DNA from: Trichoplax adhaerens
Taxonomy: Eukaryota; Animalia; Placozoa
Length of the DNA: 64,000 nt
Reading direction: 5' to 3'
NCBI RefSeq assembly: GCF_000150275.1
Contig: NW_002060947.1
Span: 72,494-136,493, forward strand
Each line of letters opens with the position of its first letter. Positions within the stretch are counted from its first letter, which is position 1. The position numbers and the translations under genes were made by a program. The notes beneath the pieces are model-generated. The model ran no database searches and was not told the origin of the DNA. It saw only the letters and a program-made list of their open reading frames with translations. This document shows, one piece after another, positions 54,201 through 64,000 of the stretch.

Positions 54201-57200
54201 CATATATAGCATAAACAACGGTATAGGCAAAGTCAACATACACATTTTTTATACCACCTTTTGTAAACTGCTTAACAAATCATAAATCGATAATACCAGC
54301 CTAAAATCAGGTCTTTACTAAGGTCATCGTTATTTCCATCACTATTATTATAAACTTTATATCTAGATAGTACTGCACCAGGATTGATTTAAGTTCTTAA
54401 AATTTGAAACATAGTAAAGAAGAATTTTGAAATCACATGAAATTTAAATAATTGTTCGCAATATTTCATTAATACCGTACCTATCCATAGCCTTATTGCT
54501 GGTAAGAAAACAATTTTGTGATCAAATAAAAAAAATTTTCTTGGTAAATTAGGATCACATTATGATAGGTCTGTTTTATAAACCATAGAGTTATAGCATA
54601 CAGTCTGTAGCAAAAATACGCTCGTCCGTAAATCATATAGTTTACCTGAAAGTCAAAATGAGAAGCTGGCGATTATTATAGCAATTATTGTTTTCCTATT
54701 TTGTCGATTAGGTAACTTCATAAATGTAGCAGTTTATTTACGCGTAAAATGTACCAAAATATAGAAACTCCTATCCTTATGTTACCGCGCCATTTTTTCT
54801 TACACTTATAACTTAACTATTCACTATATCGCTTAAATATACAACTTCCCTTTTACTAATAATGTTGATATCTCCATCTAAGCGTATATACGCGGATACT
54901 GTACTTTCCCGGTATTTATAATATTTATGAGATTTTGTAAATGATTTTAATGATTTTAGTAATACTGTACGTCTACTTTCGGTTAAAGTGGGTATATAAT
55001 TGCGATATTTATCACGACATCATTAATTATTATTGTGTAAGAGAGTAGCCAAACTTACATAAACACTAAGAACATGATATGGAAAGGATCTTCGCATTTT
55101 CGTCTATCCTTACTAATAGTACATACATTGCTGTGGACTTATATAGTAACATATATACTCCATTGGACCACAAAGTCTATTACATACATTTTTCTCTTCT
55201 GAATTCAAAACTAGAATGATATACTGATAAGGCTTTAGTTAATGTGTGGTTTTCTGACTCAAACGGAATTTTCAGTAAGTCAGTTTACCTACTAGAACAG
55301 AGAATCTTACCGGAGTTTGATTATGTATTAAGGGCAAACAATGAGTGAAAATATGGCTGTTTCCGGGATGTAAAAGTAAATTTCATTGCATTCGTAAAGT
55401 GGGTACATTACACTCTATATAAATGCTCCTATTAATGGAATGAAAACATAGGCATTACCAGTATATGTAAATATAATTAGCAACAAAATAATTAACTGAA
55501 AGCGCCGTAAACTAAAATAGATTATTGAAAATTGGGATACTTTCGTAAGGCAATCGGCTGATTTTGTATACTTAGATGTATGATGCGAGTTGATGAATGC
55601 AACTTACTTACTTGATATCAGCATACGAGTATATACCATGTAGATCTGTATTTATGCTCTTTATCTATGGAATAATCCGCTTGTCAGTATGTTGTTACAT
55701 TGATCTAGTCATTGCAATTATATGGCTTTTATCTTAAGGCTCTCATATTTAAGCAGGTCAATATTTCAGCTTAATCTTCACTCTAGAGGTTATGTTTAAG
55801 TAATGTTATTAAAATAGTTATTGATAATCAATTAAGTGTAACCAATGTTATACTAATGTAATCAATTAAAGTAGTTGATATTTATATTAGTAGTTCTCAT
55901 TTTAATTAATATTTATCTTTTGCAAATGTCGAAAATAGGAAAAACAAAATTTTTATGCTTTGTTACAATTACTTTGCTAACTTATGCATATTACATTAAT
56001 AATAATCTCACCGGTATACCACATTAACTATTATTTCATTTCTAAATAGCCACAAACGTTACGTCAACAGCAGCAGCAAGCGTTAATGCCCAGAAAAAGA
56101 TCAGATTTATTAGCTCCTACAAGTGGTCAAGCATATCATCACGATGGTCCAATTAATGAAGTAGTTTTACGAAATATGGGCAGTACACCAAACTATGATT
56201 TGCCACCGCAAAGGATGCCTGGTAAAGATCAAGCTACAGATTCTCTTAAATTGAAATATAAATCCATGTTAATGTCTGGTAATAGAAGAAAGAAACAATC
56301 AGGTGCAAGCCTTGATTTAAATAGCGTACAGGCTAATTCAGTCAACAATAGGCCATCGGTATATAAAAAAGGATTTCATAGTCCAGCTAATTCAGATATA
56401 GCTGTAACAAACTCACCGATTGCTAACTTAGCCGATTCAAAGGTTAAAAGCATGTCAGATCCAGCGGTAGGTGCTGCTTGTACGCCACATGATGATGAAT
56501 CAACGTTGCCGATAACGAGTAGCGTAGGCATGAATATCAATGATCCAACATCGGGTAAGGCCGTTAATGTATCATTAACACCATCTACATCGAACACCAT
56601 AAGTTTAGATGGGATCGTACCAATGCAAGGTAGACATGTACAATCAGTTATTGGCCACCCCAATAAATGGCAAACTTCAACCAATGATGCATCTGCTGCT
56701 ACTGTTTCTGCGACATTTATGAGTCCATTTGGTGATATGAATGAGACGAATAATGCGCATACCATACCAGCTAATTATCATCCTCGACCAAATGGAACAG
56801 ATAGCAATTTACAACAAGCTAATCACCCAGTGCCATCATTGCAGGTCCAAGTATCGCAACAACAGTCACAACAACAGCAACAACAACAGCAGCAACAAGT
56901 ACATCAACCTCATCTTCAGGCTGCACATCCGGAAGCATTTATACCTAACCAGGAAATAGATCACTTTCATTCTTCCATACCTAAGCGTCCAGGACAAGGT
57001 AATGAGCAACAACCGTTATCTTTGAAAGAAATTAGATACAACAGCAGTCAAATTACATATCGGCAACAAATTAATCGGAAACAACAGCATAGAAAGCATC
57101 AAGAACAATGGATGAAAAGGCCGCCAAGGCCACCGATCATACCTAAGGCAAAAGGTAAAGAACAAATCAGACGAGGCCCTATTCCTCATGCGTCAAGAAT

Positions 57201-58042
57201 CATTATTCAGCAGCAACTTCAACAAAATTCAATGCAAAAGCAACAGCAAATTCGAAACAATTCTCAATTTCAGCAACATGCAGTTTCGTCTGTGCCATTA
57301 TTGCAACAAAATTTGAATCACAATAATCCATCAAATCTGCAACAAAATCAAAACAATTTTGTTGCAGGGCATTCTATGTTACGCACACAAGCCAATAATC
57401 AGACAAATTTAGGCAATTATCAGGATCATTCAAATCTACCTGAACATTACATGATCAACACTGACCCAAATAGAATTAATGACACTTTTACCAATGCATC
57501 ACAAGGACCACAATCAACACAAAATCCGCTACCTGCTACATCTCAAACTATGCAGCAATATCAACACGCTCCAATTACGCCTCAAAATCCTTCAACTTTA
57601 AATGTTGTACCTGAATACGATATCCATGAGAATCCAGTAGGAAATTGGACTACAAATAATAGCAACAAGATTAATTCTGGTCAGGATGGCCTTATTGTTA
57701 CTACACCAAATAGTTAAGCAATATTATGCTAACTTTAATACCGAAAATGATTTCAATCAGCATTCATTCATGCCTAACTCCGCTGAATTCAATGATCCTA
57801 ATAAGAGAAATTCGTTTGAACAGAATATTCATTTACCTACGGAGAATCAACGGAGTATCATTGATCGAGTAATCAATCCTGAAGAGAATTTTAACCATAA
57901 TAACAATGATAGTCTCACTAACATTTACAACAGCATCAATCTAGGAAATTATAGCAATATGGATAATCCATTTAATATGCTAAAAGATGGTAATAACGTT
58001 ACAGATGTTAATGAATTTATTTCATACTTGCATGATACTTGA
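48222..58042 (+). CDS. Orphan Q/N/P-rich, largely disordered protein, probable transcriptional co-regulator; exons 48222-48288, 49975-50168, 56050-57717, plus a +1-frame continuation to 58042
   Basis: Strong donors (C|gtaagt, AAG|gtaagc) and acceptors join in phase: MNENRTVTT...DPC-Q-NQSKLNQEQ...DLTK|PQTLRQQQQQALMPRKRS..., leading into the 543-aa ORF. It has polyQ, basic NLS-like patches and, in the second frame, an acidic/hydrophobic C-terminus (VTDVNEFISYLHDT*). No family recognised. Confidence 0.75.
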
Positions 58043-60906
58043 TGGTCTAAATTAAATGATTAATCTAATTTCAGTTATATATTTATCAATTCATCCATTA
58101 GCTTAATTCCTATTGGCAGACATTCTAATGCTAATTCTATCATATTAGTAGATGGATGCGATTGCCAGTCTTATTCCATGCTATTATAAGAAAATATGTT
58201 AATACTATCGAAATATTGTTATTAAACTTTATTTCAGTATTGTGTGCCATTATTACTAGCCGGATAACTTTATTTAATATTCATAGAATCAACACTGACA
58301 ATCTGTTTGATTTATACAAATGTATCAACATATCTAAGATCTTAGATGTAAAAGGTTTACGGTGATGCTTTTTTTCTTATGTAGATAAGAATTTTACAAA
58401 ATATTCATTGCGGCGTTTAACCATATACAGTAGTTATAATTTTAGATGGAAATTATATTGGGTTATTGGCTGGTAATGCAGATTATTGACAGTGATTTCA
58501 GAATTGTACACGATTTTACTGCAGTGCAATTATCTATAGGCGCTGACTTATAATATTATTAAAAGTAAAGATTGGAATAATTTATAAATATTTAGTATGA
58601 TGTGGGAGTAAGATATACGAGTATATTAGTATTACGATTAATTGTCAGCTACGATAACGGAAGAATATTTGCTACCTATTGTGCTATATGCAATACGATA
58701 AATATATCCAAAAAGCCAAATCTAGAATTGTAAGAAAAGTATGTAAAAGATGATTATTTAATTAGAGTTTAAAATAGGTTATAATCCGACATAATGTTAT
58801 TCTAATTATTTAATATTCTGATGTACATGTTATTCTGTATATAGTGAAGAACAACATCTGCAAACTTTGCCTTTTAAATCCATGCTGCTGATAATAATTG
58901 ATTAAATCTGGATTTCATGTACTTTGCTTTCGTTTTCTGTTTCCTTTTAATGCATGAAATGTGTACTCCTATGTCTACAATACGTGTCAGGTAACAACAC
59001 AAAATAGTTCCAGAGAAGGATAAAAATGCTAATAATTCAAACTCTACTGATCAATTCTAGCAACTTTTTTTGTAAAGGTCAATGATTACAGGCATACGGC
59101 ACTAGTGCAAAATGATTCATATCGGCTAACGAGTTATAATATTACCTTTGTCTACGTAACTTATCTATCTAGAAGATATATAGCGCTACTTGCATTGTAC
59201 GACATGACTTAGCCCGATTGCTCGACCATTTCCAATGGCGTATAATATAGTAAGTTACTTATATACGAATATTAATGAGAGGCTGTATCGAGCAAGTCTT
59301 CACTATCATTGCCACTATCACCACTATCACTTAATATGCAATACTGTATACGTGTAAGTGACATAACGGACTTGGTCAAATTATGCTGAATCAGTATATT
59401 AGCTGAGCTCATTATTTGGGCGTACAATTTACTATACCAATATTCGAATTACCTTAGCCTTGAAATATCCATCGACGTACAGTAGTCAATTAAAATCAAG
59501 CCTTTATCTAATTATGAATCTGTCTATCCTATAGTTTTACATACGAATACGTAATTGGGCTTTGTCACCCTTATCTAGCACAGTATTTCAGCGCATAGTG
59601 AAAGAGAGAGTTTGCATTTTCTCTCTATCTCTTTTGAATCATTGCAGTTTATGTTTGATTACCAGTACTGCATAAGTAAACGAAAAGTAAGCAAGTAAAG
59701 TTCTTTCTTTTAGCCGTTATGAGTAATCTTTTTTCTTTTTACCGAGCTATCCTAATGTCTAGTTTAAGATACGTCAGTTGAAAACTATGACATTGCCGTT
59801 TCCGTTGGGACGATCTTAAACTGATTATTATTTTACGCTAGATCCAGTCCTTTTACTCGTACGTAGGTCAAGTTTGGGTGGACTTTGGCTGATGATGAAA
59901 CATCTCGTCTGACCAAGTTACCGCACTATTTTTACTCTTCAGTGGTGTCTTCATGTGATAGCTGTCCTTTTTCGTGATCGTTATTGCAGCTTGCAGCCTC
60001 AGTTAATCATTACAATTTGAGTTATTCTCTTTCAATTCCCTGTTATGAAGGCGTGCACGTAAGTGTTTTATCCCACTTTTTCTTACGGAAAACATCGTGC
60101 AATACAACTTTGTTATTACACTCTCATAATGCTAGCGTCGAGCTTGTAGTACACGAATGGATGGCCACTACAGTAAAACATAGCTGAAACAAAGTAACAC
60201 CTCGATACAGTAAGAAGCAAACTACTGCTACCACACGCTAGAATAAAGCAAGGGAAAAGGTGGAAATAGAGCAGACTATGGAGAAAAAGTCTGCCAATTG
60301 GCAGATTGGGCTAGACTACCAACAAATTGAATTGCCATTTTAATTGAATTGAATTTACTGGGGTCATTTGATAATAAAAATGGGACAGCCAATGTCGTTA
60401 ATATACGTTTGTGTGATCTCTACGTATGTATGCGTCTTTCTACAGATGGCTGGAAAAGAAAGCCTGTAGTAAATACTAGCTGGATATTTGATTACCGACA
60501 GTAGAGGAGGCAAAAATCAATGTACATTGTTCCATTTCGCCATGCACAATCGCATATTCTAAACATTGCATATCATTATTTTATTGAATGAAACCTAGCG
60601 GACTACGATGTTTATTTTTAACCTCTTTATGTTGAGATATTTCCTGGATAGATTAGAACGTATGAACATTTTTATTGATACAGTATAGCTTGTGCAGTTG
60701 TAAGCTTGACTAATTTTCATGGAGATATTATGCAATGAATAAGCCAACCTCCTCTAGAAGCCTATAATTATATACAAATTGGTAATGATATCATTTTATT
60801 TCATAGCCATTCCTGTAGTAAGAAAGTGGCCGGCCATTGCTATACCGTTAGCTTTGCCTGCAAATCAATGTCTCTACAGTAATGATAATAACCAATCTGC
60901 TGCGGC

Positions 60907-60914
60907 TGACGTCA
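60907..60914. promoter_or_regulatory. Palindromic CRE (TGACGTCA) upstream of the myotubularin gene
   Basis: Perfect 8-mer ~400 bp upstream of the ATG. Confidence 0.4.
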
Positions 60915-61315
60915 CTACTTTCATACAGTTCACCATGGCTGTACTACGCCATGAAGTTAGTATGGGTACCAAACTGCGTTTCCGTCATAGTATAGCGCAC
61001 CACCCCCATACTTGCTTTACACACCCAAACGGCCAACCCACCAATGAACTGTGTGTTGACGCATCCTGTACGTTGTACAGTATACTGTACAATGTACGAC
61101 CACTCGTGCAGTACTGTGACTGTTGGCGAGGGCAATGGACTACGCCAACGCGTTGTACCCTAAGGTCTGCCTACCTGGGCACTGGGCCAGGAACTCGACA
61201 CGAAGTAAAACCGCCGTACGGAGAAGCCTTGAGTGTCTGAAATCGCATCAATCAATCGGCCCAAGACAAACCACTCAATAACGGTATTAGATTTGCGTTT
61301 TGGCCTTACAACACG

Positions 61316-64000
61316 ATGGATTACCTACAAACAACTAAGGTATGTTAGCCAAGAATAAAATCGAGACCACACGATCATGCTATTCCAACTGATTTTCAAA
61401 TTTCCCTTCATGTCTGGCGTTATACAGTCCAAGGGATTGTGAAGAATTGATCAAAATGTTGTCATACGGGTCCAGTTGAGGCTGGTTGAGGCTAATTGAG
61501 ACTGGTTGAGGCTGATTGAGACTGGTTGAGACTAGTTGAGACGGATGTGTTGTCTTCCCTCTAGGTTGTATCTGCCTTTGGATAGATCGTTATACTGTAG
61601 TACAGTCCATGGGGATTGTGAAGAATTGATCAAAATGTTGTCATACGGGTCCAGTTGAGACTGGTTGAGACTAGTTGAAACGGATGTGTTGTCTTCCCTC
61701 TAGGTATATCTGCCTTTGGATAGATCAGCCAGCGATGATGAGTTCTAGAGGGGAGGGATTATTTTCTTCCTTGATTTAAAATGGCTGTAATCAAGTCAAC
61801 ATTCGATGGCTAAAGTAGTGGTGTAGAAGGATAGCTGTACAACGTATCAGTAAATTAGTGATCGATCAATGATACGGACTACGATCAAGGGGTAGACTAC
61901 TGATGATAGCATGCCATCACGCCTAACGACGATTAGCGGCTGCTAGCTTCTCTCTTCACTCCTTACATTCATCTCGCTTACATAAATCCATATTCTATCC
62001 AATGCATATAGATATACACTCATGTAGATTTGCCTTTTAAATCAAACGAAAGTAACAAGCTAAGTAATGATCAATAAAATAGGTTAAATATGGTCCCGGT
62101 GATCGATGAGATAGAATAACAAGCTCTGTTTGCAAGGCACAATGTATTTACAACATTTTGACAGACGCATAAAATGTAAAAACGATTGGCTATAAACGTA
62201 CTATTATTAACCTTTGACGGATTATTTACTTGTACTCGTCTATCGTCCTTTATACACCAAGAATTGTGATTTGATTTCAAATTTGTATGTACCAGTACTT
62301 TGATTTTTGCTCATGATATTGTACAGCATAAATTGAGATAATTTTCTGTCCTGATTTTCTCCTTGTGATTATCTTTGCAACATCAGATTCTAATTCTTGC
62401 GTAATTTATTGCAATTTACTCATTTCGTATTTACAGGTAGATAAGGTCACATTGAAAGATAGATTTAATCCAAGCTTTGAAAATAACGGAACGCTTCATT
62501 TAACAGCAACCCATCTAATTTTTATTAATCCTGCAGTTAATCCAGAACTATGGGTAATTACAATGCTAATTAAGAAATGCTTTATGTCAAATATTCTACA
62601 GTACATCTTATATTCAATTGCAATGGATGAAATTGAATACAAACTCCATATGTACGGTGGTTACTGTTGGAAGCAATTAGTCTAATACTCTACTAGCTTA
62701 AATATATTGAGCTTCAATTTCATCTTATGTGTACTTCTGTTGAATACTTGTCATAAATTAGATTAATAGCAGCATTAGTTTTAACTTATTCATTTTTGGA
62801 TCAATTATATTGAATAGACCTTTGAGTGATTGCTAAAGTAAAGTTTTAGTGCAATTTTGGTAAATCAGATTTTTCATCATGGTATCAGCCAAACTGATCC
62901 AGTGATAATTTTCTTATATTTTTAGTTATCTTACTCGCATATAGCTACTGTGGAGAAGCAGCAAATTAGTATTAAAGGAGCACCACTAAAAATTGTCTGT
63001 AAAGATTTTCGTGTCCTAAACTTTGTCTTCTACAAGGAGCGTGATTGTCAAGACGTTTATGTCTCACTACAAAATTTAACAAAACCAGGTATGTTTACAA
63101 ATGTAGAAATATTAATTGAAATTAGGCTTAGTAATTACTACCAATTCCTAAAATTACTTGTTTAAAATTATCGTCCTCAGTAAATTATGCGGAATTGCAC
63201 GCCTTTACTTACGAACCTCCTGGTAGTAAATGGCCTAGATCTGACGGATGGAATATTTTCGAATTCGAAGCTGAAATGACTCGCTTAGAAGTACCGAGTG
63301 ATTTGTGGAGGAAAACAGATATTAATAAAGATTATAAGGTAAAATTACGATCATAAATCTATTTAATGTGCACACGTTGTTGTTCCTTAGCTACTACCAT
63401 ATGTAGAGTTGATTCTTCGCTTATGATCTAAAACTATTACCGTCATATTATATTAGCAATCGCTGAATAACATGATTATGTAATGGTGTTGTAAATACTC
63501 TGTGTAGCTATGTCCAACCTATCCTGAAGTCTTGTATGTGCCAGCGACAGCTACAGAAGAGACTCTAACCGGTAGTGCATCTTTTCGTAGCAGAGGTAGA
63601 CTACCCGTTTTGACTTATTACCATAAATACAACAAGGTAGAATTTTGTTTTATTATTGTTAAAGCTATCTAAACTAATAATTAGCGAGTACTAGACTACT
63701 CGATCTGATAGATTTGATAGACAATTTATTCGTAAGGTTATTTTTCAGTACATGTTAAATTCTTGCACGTAGACTGCCTTATGCCGCAGTAGTCAGCCAT
63801 TAACAGGAATGCGGGGAAGAAGCGTAGATGATGAACAATTATTACAGGCTGTAATTCAATCAAATCCGAAGTCTCCTGTTATGTATATAGTAGATACCAG
63901 ACCTAAGGTAATTCGACCAATGTCATTTACTTATATTATCATTTATTGATGTCTATACTTATTTAAGAATTGCATTATGGACTGAATTTAGATTAATGCT
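61316..64000 (+). CDS. Myotubularin-related phosphoinositide phosphatase, MTMR6/7/8 subfamily, 5' part (runs off the window)
   Basis: MDYLQTTK|VDKVTLKDRF...GTLHLTATHLIF...ELW|LSYSHIATVEKQQISIKGAPLKIVCKDFR...ERDCQDVYVSL, INKDYK|LCPTYP, SASFRSRGRLPVLTYYH, LCRSSQPLTG, MYIVDTRPK|INA. Confidence 0.93.
61423..61726. repeat. Tandem duplication in MTMR intron 1 containing a 10-bp VNTR (RCTGGTTGAG)
   Basis: Units 61423-61588 and 61601-61726, with about 7 versus 3 copies of the 10-mer. Confidence 0.9.

Noticed and set aside
56086-57717. Neuropeptide precursor or Mastermind assignment for the Q-rich ORF
   Set aside because: No signal peptide or repeated cleavage-flanked peptides, and no recognisable Mastermind N-terminal basic helix.

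Overview
AT-rich, intron-dense eukaryotic (animal) genomic DNA. Most introns are about 70-300 nt. The architecture and composition suggest a compact early-branching metazoan, most likely a placozoan such as Trichoplax (inference, not verified). Recognisable spliced genes are SLC30A9 (+), ATP6V0C (+), TRAP1 (-), PGK1 (+), PWP2 (-), DNAL1 (+), GCNA/ACRC (-) and the 5' part of an MTMR6/7/8 myotubularin (+). Two genes are unidentified: a minus-strand gene running off the left edge, and a three-exon Q/N-rich orphan gene (48222-58042) beside a ~9 kb gene-poor region. The most notable observations are: (1) the orphan gene's reading frame breaks at AGT-TAA-G and continues in the +1 frame, which could be a programmed frameshift, a cryptic intron or a sequence error, and the protein carries a Cabin1/HDAC4-like MEF2-binding helix candidate; (2) ATP6V0C has a textbook U12-type intron followed by a 28-nt microexon; (3) islands of a TACAG/TACTG pentamer sit mostly at promoters; (4) the TRAP1/PGK1 divergent promoter holds a duplicated foldback element with a B-box; (5) gene-appropriate cis-elements occur at DNAL1 (X-box), ATP6V0C (CLEAR) and PGK1 (HRE); (6) several tandem arrays lie near gene 5' ends. 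No prokaryotic features, CRISPR, rRNA or canonical tRNA were found. All exon coordinates were derived by hand.
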